From Chthoniobacterales bacterium (lineage in GTDB: Bacteria; Verrucomicrobiota; Verrucomicrobiia; Chthoniobacterales; Chthoniobacteraceae): DNA of 64,000 nucleotides. The DNA lies in contig JBBQZX010000003.1 in assembly GCA_038207335.1 (NCBI GenBank), forward strand, positions 64,001 through 128,000, read 5' to 3'. A program made the translations under genes and the position numbers. This document shows positions 31,600 through 41,338 of this stretch, in pieces. The notes under the pieces are model-generated. The model was not told the DNA's origin. It searched no databases and was given only the letters and a program-made list of their open reading frames with translations. Within the stretch, counting starts at the first letter, position 1; the number at the start of each line of letters is the position of its first letter.

Positions 31600-32784
31600 A
31601 TGAACTCCCTCCGACTCGCCGCTCTCGCCGCCGCGCTGTGCCTAACTCGCTCCACTTTCGCCGAAGAACCCATGCTGCCCGGCATCGGCGCGGCGATGCA
31701 GGAGATGGTGTCGAAGAACGAGGTCACGGGCGCGGTGACGATGGTGGTGACGGAGGACAAGGTGCTGCATTTGCAATGCACGGGCTTTGCCGATTTGGCC
31801 TCGAAAGCGCCGATGACTCCGGGGACGATTTTCTGGATCGCGTCGATGTCGAAGCCGATCACGGCCACGGCGATCCTGATGCTGCAGGACGAGGGAAAGG
31901 TGAATGTGGCCGACCCGGTGGCAAAATATCTGCCGGAATTTGCGGCGCTGAAAACGCCCTCGGGCAAGCCCGCGAACCTGACGATCGCGCAGATGATGAC
32001 GCACACTTCCGGGCTCGGCGAGGCGGGCGTGGCCGATGCGAAAAAGGCGCACACGCTCGCCGATCTCGTGCCGCTCTGGCTCGCCGCGCCGATGCAATAT
32101 GAGCCGGGTGAAAAGTGGAAATACACGCAGAGTGGGATCAATGCGACGGCGCGGATCGTGGAGGTGGTGAGCGGGAAGACCTTCGACGCGTTTTTGCAGG
32201 AGCGGCTTTTCGAGCCGCTCGGGATGAAGGACACGACGTTTTATCCGACCGATGCGCAGCGCGCGCGGCTGGTCACGGCTTACGCGAAAAACAAGGAGAC
32301 GGGCGCGCTGGAGCCCGTGCCGCCGCGCGATGACTTCGGCACGAAGGATCGTCCGCCGCAGGGGAATGGCGGGCTCTTTTCAACCGCGCCCGACTACTCG
32401 CGCTTCTGCCAGATGCTCCTCGGCGGCGGCTCGTACGGCGGACGGAAATATCTGAGCGCGCAGGCAATGAAGTATTTCACGCAGCCGCAGACGGGCGATT
32501 TGCCAACGGGTTTTTTTCAGGGTGGCGTGTTTGGGAATCACGGCGCGAATTACGGGTGGGGCATCGGCACGAGCATCCTGCGCACGCCGCATGAAGGAGT
32601 CGCTGCGATGCTGTCGCCGGGGAGCTTCGGCCACGGCGGCGCGTGGGGCACGCAGGCGTGGGTCGATCCGGCGAAAGGCGTGGCCTACGTGCTGATGATT
32701 CAGCGGTCGAACCTGCCGAACAGCGACGCAAGCGACATTCGGCGGGCCTTTCAGCAAGCAGCCTCAGACGCTCTGCCGAAGTAG
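31600..32784 (+). CDS. Serine hydrolase, beta-lactamase class C-like
   Basis: IASMSKP (SxxK), MTHTSGL, PGEKWKY, HGGAWGT; signal peptide. Confidence 0.88.
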   Translation: MNSLRLAALAAALCLTRSTFAEEPMLPGIGAAMQEMVSKNEVTGAVTMVVTEDKVLHLQCTGFADLASKAPMTPGTIFWIASMSKPITATAILMLQDEGKVNVADPVAKYLPEFAALKTPSGKPANLTIAQMMTHTSGLGEAGVADAKKAHTLADLVPLWLAAPMQYEPGEKWKYTQSGINATARIVEVVSGKTFDAFLQERLFEPLGMKDTTFYPTDAQRARLVTAYAKNKETGALEPVPPRDDFGTKDRPPQGNGGLFSTAPDYSRFCQMLLGGGSYGGRKYLSAQAMKYFTQPQTGDLPTGFFQGGVFGNHGANYGWGIGTSILRTPHEGVAAMLSPGSFGHGGAWGTQAWVDPAKGVAYVLMIQRSNLPNSDASDIRRAFQQAASDALPK

Positions 32785-33609
32785 TCCCGCGTCATCGACG
32801 GCTGAGATCGTGCGGGCGGCTTGGACTGCGGCGCGGACGTTGTGGACACGGAAAATGTGCGCGCCGTGCTGCATTCCGTGGACGAGGCACGCGATCGTGC
32901 CAGCGTCGCGCGCGGCGGGGTTGGGGATCGAGAGGACTTCGCCGATGACGGTTTTGCGCGAGACGGGCAGGAGGATCGGGCGGTCGTGCCTTTTCAGGCA
33001 GGCGAGTTCGCGGTAGATGCGGAGGTTGTCCGCGCGCTGTTTTGCGAAGTCGATGCCGGGGTCGAGGATGATCGCGTCCCGGGAGAGGCCGGCGCTTTCC
33101 GCGAGAGCGATTTTCTCGGAGTAAAAAGCGTCGAGCCGCGCCATGACGTTGTCGTAGCCGACGTGCGTGTGCGGGACTTTCGGCGCGCCGATGCTGTGCA
33201 TGATGAGGAGCGCGGCGCCCGTCTCGGCGCAGATGCGCGCGTTGTCGGCGGTGGGCAGCGCGCCGATGTCGTTGAGGATTTCGCCGCCGATGGCGAGGAC
33301 GGCGCGGGCGACGGCGGGGCGCCAGGTATTGATCGAGAGCAACGCGGGCTCGCGCCACCTTTCCACGAACGCGCAAAACCGGTCGATTTCCTCCTGCACG
33401 CCGATCGGCTCGCGATTCGTCCGCGCACTCTCCGCGCCGATGTCGATGATCTCCGCGCCATCGGCGATGAACCCGCGCGCCTTTGTCAGGGCCGATTCCG
33501 CGTCGGTGATCCCGTCGCCGGAAAAGGAGTCCGGCGACAAATTCACGATGCCCATAACGAGCGGCGCGCGCGGAAACTCGATCACGCGCCCGCGGGCGAG
33601 GAGCCTCAT
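32764..33609 (-). CDS. folP: Dihydropteroate synthase
   Basis: MGIVNLSPDSFS, DIGAES, DPGIDFAK, SRK, FRVHNV. Confidence 0.92.
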   Translation of the reverse strand: MRLLARGRVIEFPRAPLVMGIVNLSPDSFSGDGITDAESALTKARGFIADGAEIIDIGAESARTNREPIGVQEEIDRFCAFVERWREPALLSINTWRPAVARAVLAIGGEILNDIGALPTADNARICAETGAALLIMHSIGAPKVPHTHVGYDNVMARLDAFYSEKIALAESAGLSRDAIILDPGIDFAKQRADNLRIYRELACLKRHDRPILLPVSRKTVIGEVLSIPNPAARDAGTIACLVHGMQHGAHIFRVHNVRAAVQAARTISAVDDAGLLRQSV

Positions 33610-34400
33610 CGCAGCGGCGCGAACGTCCGGCTGCGGCGCTCGTAACGGGCGACTTCCATGTAGCCGACTGCGCGAGCGAGGGTCTCGGCTTCGTCGAAGC
33701 CGGCGGTGAGTTCGGTGACGGCGTGGGCGTCAGAGTTGATGAGCAGCGGGATGTTTGCGGCGTGGGCGAGTTGGAGGAAATCGGGCGCGGGGTAGAGTTC
33801 GCGGCAGTCTTTGCGCAAGCCGGCGGTGTTGATCTCAAACGCGAGCCCAGTGTCCGCAAGCGCGGCGATGGCGGGTTCGTAAAATCGGCGCAGGTTGCCG
33901 CTCGCGCGGTATCCGAACTTTTTCGGCAAGTCGGGATGCGCGACGAAATCGAAGAGCCCGCTGCGGATGCACTGCTCGTAGCGCTGCCAGTAGCTCACCC
34001 AGATTTCATCCGCCGCGCCGGCGTGGCGGCCAATGTATTTCGGGTGATCGACCTCCCAGCCCTGCGGCAGGTAGTGGACGCTTCCGATGAGGAAATCCCA
34101 CGGTGCCATGCCAGCGAGCTTTTCGATCCATGCCTCTCCACCGGGGAGAAAATCGCACTCGAGCCCGAGCCGCATTTTGAGCTGCGGAAACTGAGCGCGC
34201 GCCTCCTCGACGGCGTCGAGATAACGCGGCAGGTCTTCGATTTTCATCCGCCAATCGTCGAACGGCTCGGCCATCGGATTGTGATCCGCGAAGCCGATTT
34301 CCTCCATGCCCAGCTCGACGGCGCGTGCGGCGAATTCCACCGGCCAGCCGGTCGCGTGTAGGCAGAGCGGCGTGTGAACGTGGTAGTCCGCGCGGCTCAG
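33606..34400 (-). CDS. PHP-family histidinol phosphatase (HisJ-like); probable non-canonical start
   Basis: DYHVHTPLC.HA lies upstream of the track's GTG start; also GFADH, GLECD, IGSVH, AHPDL, EINTAG, NSDAH. Confidence 0.85.
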   Translation of the reverse strand: MSRADYHVHTPLCLHATGWPVEFAARAVELGMEEIGFADHNPMAEPFDDWRMKIEDLPRYLDAVEEARAQFPQLKMRLGLECDFLPGGEAWIEKLAGMAPWDFLIGSVHYLPQGWEVDHPKYIGRHAGAADEIWVSYWQRYEQCIRSGLFDFVAHPDLPKKFGYRASGNLRRFYEPAIAALADTGLAFEINTAGLRKDCRELYPAPDFLQLAHAANIPLLINSDAHAVTELTAGFDEAETLARAVGYMEVARYERRSRTFAPLR

Positions 34401-35698
34401 AATTCCTCCTGCAACTGATCGAGATATTTCGCGATGGGGTCGTCGCGCCGGATTCGCGCCTCCTGCTCGGAGATTTCATTCGCGGCCTTTAGGAAGCTGT
34501 CGAACGCGTCGCTGCGCATGCCCATTTGCGTGGCCTCATACCAGTTCAAGTAATCGCCGATCGCGCTCATCCGGCGCAGCGTGCCTTCGCGATATCGAGC
34601 GACCTCATCGAGCATCTCGGCGACGCCGCGAGTCTTCCCGCGCGTGAGCAGTGCGGTGATGCGTTCGTATTCGGCGAGCACCGGGCTGTAGAGCGCATTG
34701 GCGCGCGCGCTGAGCGCGATGACCGCCGCGTGGAGCGTGCTCATTGCGGCTTTGTTGCCGGGCAGCTTCACGAAGTCTGGGAACTGCTCGAGGGTGAATG
34801 TCTCCTTTTTTCCGGCCTTGTCGGTGACGACTTCAAACTGCAGCAGCGCCTGGACCGCCTTGTCGGTGTCGGCGGCGGTGAGGCCCTTGTAGCGGTCGGC
34901 GGCGGAGAAATGCGCGACGTTCAGCGTCCACCATTTCTGCAAGCCGTTGGCGGAGGTGGCGAGGCCGGGAAAGTCTCTTGCCAGCGCGCGCAGCGGATCG
35001 TCGTGCAAGTCGGGCCAGTGGCGGACGAGGCGCCCGAGGTTCGCGCGGCCATTTGGCTGCTCGACCAAAAGCTGCACGAGGCACATCGCGCACGCGGCAT
35101 CCATGGCGCGCGCGGTCGCGCCGAGGTCGTCGTCCTTCAGTGTGAGAAAATCGGTGATCGGCGGGAGGCGGTTGCTCTGGACCATCGCCTGATAGACTTC
35201 CGGCGCGACGCCGAGATCGCGCTGGCCGAAGATTTGCAGAGCGCCCTCGATCAACCACCGCGGAGCCTCCACGTAGGTTTCGCCGCCTTTTACTTTTGCC
35301 CGGTCGCGATATTCGATTTCGAGGAGGACGGCGCGGACGATTTGTTTTTGAAGATGGATCTCCTTCGGGTCGTCGCCGATCTGCGCCTCGATTTGCACGC
35401 TTGGCCCATCGGGCGTCTCGAACATTCGCACCGTGACGGGAGTCGATTTCGGAGACGCCGCGCGTGCGAGTGAAATGATGATGGGCGCTTTCCAGCGGTC
35501 GCCCTCGCCGAGCAGCGAGAGCACCTGATCTTTGACCTCCTCGGCGAAACCGGTGACGCGTCCGCGCAGCGTCGCATCGTCGCAGTAGATGATGAATTGC
35601 TTCGAACTGCTGATGCTGCGCGCGGGCAAGTCCGCCGCCTCCGCTCGCCCCAGCGCTGTGAGGATCACAGCGAAAAGCAAGAGGCTGCGCGGGCTCAT
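34397..35698 (-). CDS. Hypothetical exported protein
   Basis: Signal peptide MSPRSLLLFAVILTALGRAEA; 4-nt overlaps with both neighbours. Confidence 0.7.
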   Translation of the reverse strand: MSPRSLLLFAVILTALGRAEAADLPARSISSSKQFIIYCDDATLRGRVTGFAEEVKDQVLSLLGEGDRWKAPIIISLARAASPKSTPVTVRMFETPDGPSVQIEAQIGDDPKEIHLQKQIVRAVLLEIEYRDRAKVKGGETYVEAPRWLIEGALQIFGQRDLGVAPEVYQAMVQSNRLPPITDFLTLKDDDLGATARAMDAACAMCLVQLLVEQPNGRANLGRLVRHWPDLHDDPLRALARDFPGLATSANGLQKWWTLNVAHFSAADRYKGLTAADTDKAVQALLQFEVVTDKAGKKETFTLEQFPDFVKLPGNKAAMSTLHAAVIALSARANALYSPVLAEYERITALLTRGKTRGVAEMLDEVARYREGTLRRMSAIGDYLNWYEATQMGMRSDAFDSFLKAANEISEQEARIRRDDPIAKYLDQLQEEF

Positions 35699-36459
35699 TT
35701 TGTCGCCTTGGTCACGAGCATGATGCGCCCGGTGTCGATCGCCACGGCTTGCAGCTTCTGCATTTGCTCGTGCTCGCGTTTCAGCGCCACCCACAGTTTT
35801 TTAAAAGCGAAATCGGCGAGGCCCATGAGTGCCGGGTGGATGGCGACGCGCCCGAAATTGCCACCGGTCTGAGTTGCGGTGAAGACGCCGCCTTTCACCG
35901 CCAGCTTGTAGTCGATGCCAGAGTAAAGTGAGAAACCCCAGATCGATTGCTCGATGCCGATGTGGCAGATGCCGGGCTTCAGCCGCGCGTAGGCACGCTC
36001 AAATGAAACGCCGGGAAGCGAGCCACCGCCTGCCTTCGCATGCACTGCGGAGCGCAGGTGCGCGTTCACTTCGTCCTCGGTGAAAATCAGCCTTTGCGCC
36101 TGCCCGGACTCGAGCGCGGTCTGAATTTCGCTTGAGAGGATGCGCGCACCCGGCTCGGCGTCCTTCGGCGGGACATCGTCCGGAGGGCGGACAAGCAAAA
36201 GAAGCAGCGCGACAATCGCCGCCCATAGCAGTGTATTCGCCAGCGCCTTCGCCTCCCGAACGACTACGCTCTCGCCGGGATTGGTCATTTTCTTGACCCG
36301 TTTGCGCGTCTTCTCGATCGACTCCTTGGCCTTCGAGTCGTCCTCGACCGGCAGCAGCGAGCGGTCGAGTTTCGCCCCGCAATTGTGGCAATAGACGCGT
36401 TCCGCTTCGTTGACATAGCCGCATTGGGGGCAGGTGAGGCTCGGGGTCGTGGTTGCCAT
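35695..36459 (-). CDS. Zinc-ribbon-domain membrane protein
   Basis: CPQCG..N.....YCHNCG followed by one TM helix. Confidence 0.75.
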   Translation of the reverse strand: MATTTPSLTCPQCGYVNEAERVYCHNCGAKLDRSLLPVEDDSKAKESIEKTRKRVKKMTNPGESVVVREAKALANTLLWAAIVALLLLLVRPPDDVPPKDAEPGARILSSEIQTALESGQAQRLIFTEDEVNAHLRSAVHAKAGGGSLPGVSFERAYARLKPGICHIGIEQSIWGFSLYSGIDYKLAVKGGVFTATQTGGNFGRVAIHPALMGLADFAFKKLWVALKREHEQMQKLQAVAIDTGRIMLVTKATK

Positions 36460-36460
36460 T

Positions 36461-36799
36461 TCAGTCCTTCTTTTTTGCCTTTGGTTTCTCGGTTGCTGCC
36501 GGCTTGCTTTCGGTTTTTGCCGCCGCTTTCGTCTCGGTTTTAGCCGGTTCGCTGGAGGCGGGGACATCCTTTCTCGATGCCGTCTTGTATCCTTCGCTGC
36601 GGTAATCGGTGATGTAAAATCCCGAGCCCTTGAAGATGAGCCCCGCGCCCGCGCCGATCTGCCGTTTCACCTTTCCCTTGCCCCAGGATTTCATCTGGCA
36701 GTGGTCTTTTGGGCAAGTCGTGAGCGTGTCGTCTTTCATCGACTGGACGATCTCGAACCCCTTTTTGCACTTCTCGCACTGGTACTCGTAGGTAGGCAT
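36461..36799 (-). CDS. FmdB-family zinc ribbon protein
   Basis: MPTYEYQCEKC...FE..Q, IFKGSGFYITDY. Confidence 0.9.
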   Translation of the reverse strand: MPTYEYQCEKCKKGFEIVQSMKDDTLTTCPKDHCQMKSWGKGKVKRQIGAGAGLIFKGSGFYITDYRSEGYKTASRKDVPASSEPAKTETKAAAKTESKPAATEKPKAKKKD

Positions 36800-36868
36800 T
36801 CGGCGGAATTTTGAGAATTGAGGGAAGCGGCTTGCGTTCCGTCTGGAATTAAGAATTCAAAATTGTGC

Positions 36869-39214
36869 TCACGGCACGACTTCGAGTTCTGCGCGCTTCA
36901 CTTCGGTGCGGAGGTTTTGGCCTTTCCGACCGCTCCACCAGAGGACGACGGGCGAGGCGATGAAGATCGAGGAGTAGGTGCCGACGCAGACGCCAATGAG
37001 GATCGCGAATGCGAAGTCGTGGAGCACGGGGCCACCGAAGAAAAACAGCGCCGCGACGGAGAGCAGCGTGCAGCCGGAGGTGAGCAGCGTGCGGCTCAGA
37101 GTCTCGTTGATTGAGGCGTTCATGATCGCCTGAACGGAGCCGCGACGCCCGCTGTGGAGACCTTCGCGGATGCGGTCATAGACGACGATCGTGTCATTGA
37201 TCGAGTAGCCGGCGATCGTGAGGATCGCGCCGACCATGACGAGTGAGAGTTCGCGGCCGAAGAGGGCGAAAATGCCGACGGTGATGAGGACATCATGCAC
37301 CAGCGCGACGAGCGCGCCGACGGCGAAGGAGAACTCGAAGCGGATGGAGACGAAAATCAAAATACCGAGCGCGCCGAGGCCGAGTGCGAGAAGCGAACTC
37401 TTCGCCAATTCGCCGCCGACAATCTTGCCGACGTGATCTTTCTGATGCTGCACGAAGTGCGCGTTCGGCATCGCTTTCTCGAGTTGCTTTTCCACGGGTT
37501 CCGCGGTGCCTTCCGGGCTGCGGATGCTGATGTAGGTCTTGTCGATCGTGGTCTCTTTTTGAATGACCGCGTCGCCGAGGTTGATCGCCTTCAGCGCGTC
37601 GCGCACCTCGGATTCGTTCACCGTGCTGTCGGCTTGCAGCATCAGCATGTCACCGCCTTTGAAATCAATGCCGAAGTTCTTCTCACCCCGGACGACGAAG
37701 AACGCCATGCTGACGGCGATGACAGAGAGGGAGATCGTGATCCAAAGTTTGCGCCGACCGAGGAAATCGAAGCCCTGGCCGGAGATCAGGTGGAGCATCG
37801 TGATCTTTTTCAAGAACCCGATTTTCAACGCCCACGAAAAGAGGATGCGGGTGACGACCATCGCGGAAAACACCGATGCGATGATACCGACAGTGAGCGT
37901 GACGGCGAAACCCTTGACCGGCCCAGTCGCGAGCCAGAAGAGGATCGCGGCCGTGATGAGCGTCGTGGCGTTTGCGTCGAAAATGACGCTGAAAGCTTTG
38001 TTGTAGGCGGCGTCGAGCGAGGCGCTGAGCGATTTGCCGGCGGCCATTTCCTCGCGCAGACGCTCGTAGATGAGCACGTTTGCATCGACCGCGAGGCCGA
38101 TGGTCAGGATGACGCCAGCGATGCCGGGGAGGGTGAGGACGAAGTTGAACATCGCCATCGCGCCGAAGAGCAGGACGATGTTCACGACGAGCGCGGCGAC
38201 CGCAACGAGCCCGGCGAAGTGGTAGTAGATGACGACGAAGATGAGAACGAACACGAGGCCGCCGATGCCCGCGGTGATGCCGCTAGTGATCGCGTCGCTG
38301 CCGAGCGTCGAGGAGGCGCTGCGCTCTTCCTCAATCGCGACGGGAGTTTGAAGCGGATTTTGCAGCGCGCTGGCGAGGGCGCGGGCCTCTTTTTCGGCCA
38401 TGTTGCCGCCGCTGATTTGCGCGCTGCCGCCCCAGATCGCGCCGTGCTCGACGCCGGGCGCGGACTGCACTTTGCCGTCGAGGAGGATCGCCATCTGCGA
38501 TTTTTCCTCGAAGACCTGCTGCGTGAGCTCGCCGAATTTCTGACCGCCGGTCGAGTCGAAGGTGAGACTCACGCCCCAGCCGCGCGTGTCGAAAAATGCG
38601 TGCGCCTGGGTGACGTGTTCGCCGGAGAGCTGCGATTTCTTTTGCACCAAAATTGAGCGCTCGATGTGCTCGCCGCCGCGCTCGATATCCATCGGCAGGA
38701 CGGTGTAGCCGGGCGGGATGACTTCGGTGCCGGCCTCGATGCCTGGGAGGAGCTGCGCGCTGCGAGCGTTGACGAGGTGAAACTCGAGCTTCGCGACTTT
38801 CTTGAGCTGCTCCCGCGCATCGACGATTTTCGCCGGATCGAGCCCGGGGATTTGCACCAGAATCCGGTCGGTGCTCTGCGGTGTAATGATCGGCTCGCTG
38901 ACGCCGAACTGATCGACGCGCTTGCGGATCGCCTCCATCGCCTGATCGACCATGTCCTTCGTGATGTCCTTCTTTTTGCCATCTTCGCCCGCTGGTGGAT
39001 CGAGGCGGATGAGGAAGGAGGTGCCGCCCTGCAGGTCGAGGCCGAGATGGATTTTGTCTTTCGGCGGCGTGATCGCTTGAATGCAAAACGCGACGAGGAG
39101 GACGGTGACGATGGAGCCGAGCACGCGCTTGGCGCGCTCGCTGTCGGTGAAAAGATACCAGCCGAACAGGACGAGCAGGAGCAGCCCGAAGAGGAAAGTC
39201 AGGATTGGAGACAT
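36869..39214 (-). CDS. secDF: Protein translocase SecDF (fused)
   Basis: LGLDLQGG, GVSEP, VDANVLIYERLREE, GIDFKGG, HD, GYSINDTIVVYDRIRE. Confidence 0.95.
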   Translation of the reverse strand: MSPILTFLFGLLLLVLFGWYLFTDSERAKRVLGSIVTVLLVAFCIQAITPPKDKIHLGLDLQGGTSFLIRLDPPAGEDGKKKDITKDMVDQAMEAIRKRVDQFGVSEPIITPQSTDRILVQIPGLDPAKIVDAREQLKKVAKLEFHLVNARSAQLLPGIEAGTEVIPPGYTVLPMDIERGGEHIERSILVQKKSQLSGEHVTQAHAFFDTRGWGVSLTFDSTGGQKFGELTQQVFEEKSQMAILLDGKVQSAPGVEHGAIWGGSAQISGGNMAEKEARALASALQNPLQTPVAIEEERSASSTLGSDAITSGITAGIGGLVFVLIFVVIYYHFAGLVAVAALVVNIVLLFGAMAMFNFVLTLPGIAGVILTIGLAVDANVLIYERLREEMAAGKSLSASLDAAYNKAFSVIFDANATTLITAAILFWLATGPVKGFAVTLTVGIIASVFSAMVVTRILFSWALKIGFLKKITMLHLISGQGFDFLGRRKLWITISLSVIAVSMAFFVVRGEKNFGIDFKGGDMLMLQADSTVNESEVRDALKAINLGDAVIQKETTIDKTYISIRSPEGTAEPVEKQLEKAMPNAHFVQHQKDHVGKIVGGELAKSSLLALGLGALGILIFVSIRFEFSFAVGALVALVHDVLITVGIFALFGRELSLVMVGAILTIAGYSINDTIVVYDRIREGLHSGRRGSVQAIMNASINETLSRTLLTSGCTLLSVAALFFFGGPVLHDFAFAILIGVCVGTYSSIFIASPVVLWWSGRKGQNLRTEVKRAELEVVP

Positions 39215-39224
39215 GGCGTGCGGA

Positions 39225-39578
39225 TTAAGACTGGACGGCCACTTCCGAGGACTCCGACGCGGATTTCACGATGGTCGCGACGGACGATTTCTCGATCTCG
39301 ATTTTCACGTTGTCCGCGATTTTTAAGATGAAGGTGCTCTCCTTGACGTTCGAGATCATGCCGTGGATGCCGCTGCCGGTGATGACTTTGTCGCCGGTCT
39401 TCGTGGCGGAGATTTGCGCGGCGAGCTTCTTCGCTTTCATCTGCTGCGGGCGGATCGAGATGAGGTAGATTAGCACGAAGGCGAAGATCATATAGACGAT
39501 CATCGTCATGCCGGGTTCGGGGCCTTTTGCCACGGGTGCGGCGTCGGCGAGGAGTGAGAGGAGTGAAGGCGAAATCAT
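39225..39578 (-). CDS. yajC: Preprotein translocase subunit YajC
   Basis: IRPQQ, GDKVITGSGIHG; directly upstream of secDF. Confidence 0.92.
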   Translation of the reverse strand: MISPSLLSLLADAAPVAKGPEPGMTMIVYMIFAFVLIYLISIRPQQMKAKKLAAQISATKTGDKVITGSGIHGMISNVKESTFILKIADNVKIEIEKSSVATIVKSASESSEVAVQS

Positions 39579-39689
39579 GCGGCGAAGTGTGACCCGGAAC
39601 GCCAGCGAGAATCGACCCGCCGGAAATTTGGGATCGGCACGTTATTTAGAGGCGGGGCTTTGTCCAAGGATTTCTCCCTACGCGGCAGC

Positions 39690-40292
39690 TCACGATGCAT
39701 CGGCCAGCACCCGCCCCTCCAGCACGGCGCGAGTGAGCGAGAGCCAAATGATGCCTCCGGTGCGACGCATTTTGATGACCTGACAAAGCTGGAGCGCGAA
39801 GACGATATTGCGTCGCGCCGTGCGGTCGGGGATTTCGACCGGGAGGCTGGGCAGCGGCAGACGCTCCTCGTCGCGGAGCCTTTCGATGAGCCACGCGGCG
39901 AGTTCGAGTTCGTGCTCGGTGAGACGCTGCCAGGCGGACAGATTTCCCCAGATCGCCAGTGTCGCGCGCGGCACGGCGAGCAGCAAGTCGGCGGCGAGTT
40001 CGGCGGCGGATTTTTCGTCGCGCGGAATTTCGTCAGGGTAAAGTGCGCGAGCGATCCAGCTCACGAGCACGAGCAGCGCGGCGGAGTAAATGAAGAGCGC
40101 GGGAAAGGTGTCCGGCGGATGCGCGTCGAGACCGCGCACGGCACTGATAAAAAGCAGGGTGATCCAATATACGATCGCGTAACTGACGAACCAAAGCCCC
40201 GCCGCGACGAAAAGCGTGAGCGCGACGAAAAACGCAACGCGGCGATTGTGCCGTGCGAGGTGCTCGCGCAGCGCGGCAGCGGTGGGGCTCAC
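39690..40292 (-). CDS. Hypothetical membrane protein
   Basis: GTG start overlaps the larE stop (GTGA); 2-3 hydrophobic helices. Confidence 0.6.
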   Translation of the reverse strand: MSPTAAALREHLARHNRRVAFFVALTLFVAAGLWFVSYAIVYWITLLFISAVRGLDAHPPDTFPALFIYSAALLVLVSWIARALYPDEIPRDEKSAAELAADLLLAVPRATLAIWGNLSAWQRLTEHELELAAWLIERLRDEERLPLPSLPVEIPDRTARRNIVFALQLCQVIKMRRTGGIIWLSLTRAVLEGRVLADAS

Positions 40293-41092
40293 GCCGCGGA
40301 ACGGTAACCGTCGGGGTCGATCTCCACTGCGGCGTATCCGACGGCGCGGAGGCCGCCTTCGAGCGCGGGCTGCGTTTCCGCGAGCCGGGGCATTTCTTCG
40401 GGGGCGATTTGGACGCGGGCGAGGGGAGCGGTGCCGGGTTGCGCGATGTGGCGCACGCGGAAAACTTGGAAGCCGAGCGAGCGCACGAATTCCTCGCCGC
40501 GCTCGACCATCGCGAGAGCATCGAGCGTGACGGGCGTGCCGTGCGGGATGCGCGAGCTGAGGCACGGCTGCGCGGGCGCGTCGGCAGTGGGGAGGCCGAG
40601 TTCGCGCGAGAGTTCACGGATTTCGGATTTTGAAAGTCCCGCGTCCTTGAGCGGCGCGACGACCGCAAACTCTGCTGCCGCCTGCCTTCCCGGGCGGATG
40701 GCTCGCGCGTCGTCGGCATTTTCACCATACGCGATCGCCCCGAAGCCGCGCTCCAGCGCGAGTGCGTCGAGCTTCGCGAAAAGCTCGGCTTTGCAAAAAT
40801 AGCAGCGGTTGATCGGGTTGCTCGCGTAGTCGGGATTTTCCATCTCGACGGTGCGCACGACCTCGACCGGCGCGCCGATTTTCTCCGCGAGCGCGAGCGC
40901 ATCGGCGAGCGCTTTGCGCGGGAGGCTCGGGCTGTCGGCGATGACGCCGAGCATCCGGTTGCCGAGCGTGCGGTGCGCTTCGGCCAGCAGATATGCGCTG
41001 TCCACGCCGCCGCTGTAGGCGATGAGCACAGGCGTCCGCGCTTGCAAAAGCTCCGTGAGGCGCGTGCGCTTCTGCGCGGTTTCGTCGTTCAT
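40289..41092 (-). CDS. larE: ATP-dependent sulfur transferase LarE
   Basis: AYSGGVDS PP-loop, NRCYFCK, RPG, PCLSSRIPHG, RVRH, GYR. Confidence 0.92.
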   Translation of the reverse strand: MNDETAQKRTRLTELLQARTPVLIAYSGGVDSAYLLAEAHRTLGNRMLGVIADSPSLPRKALADALALAEKIGAPVEVVRTVEMENPDYASNPINRCYFCKAELFAKLDALALERGFGAIAYGENADDARAIRPGRQAAAEFAVVAPLKDAGLSKSEIRELSRELGLPTADAPAQPCLSSRIPHGTPVTLDALAMVERGEEFVRSLGFQVFRVRHIAQPGTAPLARVQIAPEEMPRLAETQPALEGGLRAVGYAAVEIDPDGYRSAA

Positions 41093-41137
41093 TTGAGAAA
41101 GCTAAACGCGCCCCGCCCGGCTTGCACGCACGGGTCG

Positions 41138-41323
41138 TCAGTGCTTGTGCGCCTGCTGCGAACGATGCTGAGCGCGCGCCAAGTTCTGCTTGGCGATCTC
41201 GCCTTTGCTTTTCCCATGCGCGCCGCCGCCCCCTCCGCCACCGCCACCGCCGCCCTGATCGGGCGTTTCATCGCAGCTTGAGAGCGCGAAGAGGGGCAAA
41301 ATTGCGAGCAGTGCGAGTCGCAT
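41138..41323 (-). CDS. Small putative lipoprotein with poly-Gly tract
   Basis: MRLALLAILPLFALSSC lipobox; fills the gap between hemQ and larE. Confidence 0.55.
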   Translation of the reverse strand: MRLALLAILPLFALSSCDETPDQGGGGGGGGGGGAHGKSKGEIAKQNLARAQHRSQQAHKH

Positions 41324-41338
41324 CGGGAGCCCGATTTT

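Noticed and set aside
31600..32784. Bona fide beta-lactam resistance gene
   Set aside because: It is a generic SxxK serine hydrolase with no mobile context; the substrate cannot be inferred.
36869..39214. SecD-SecF fusion as a novelty
   Set aside because: Fused SecDF is common in many bacterial phyla.
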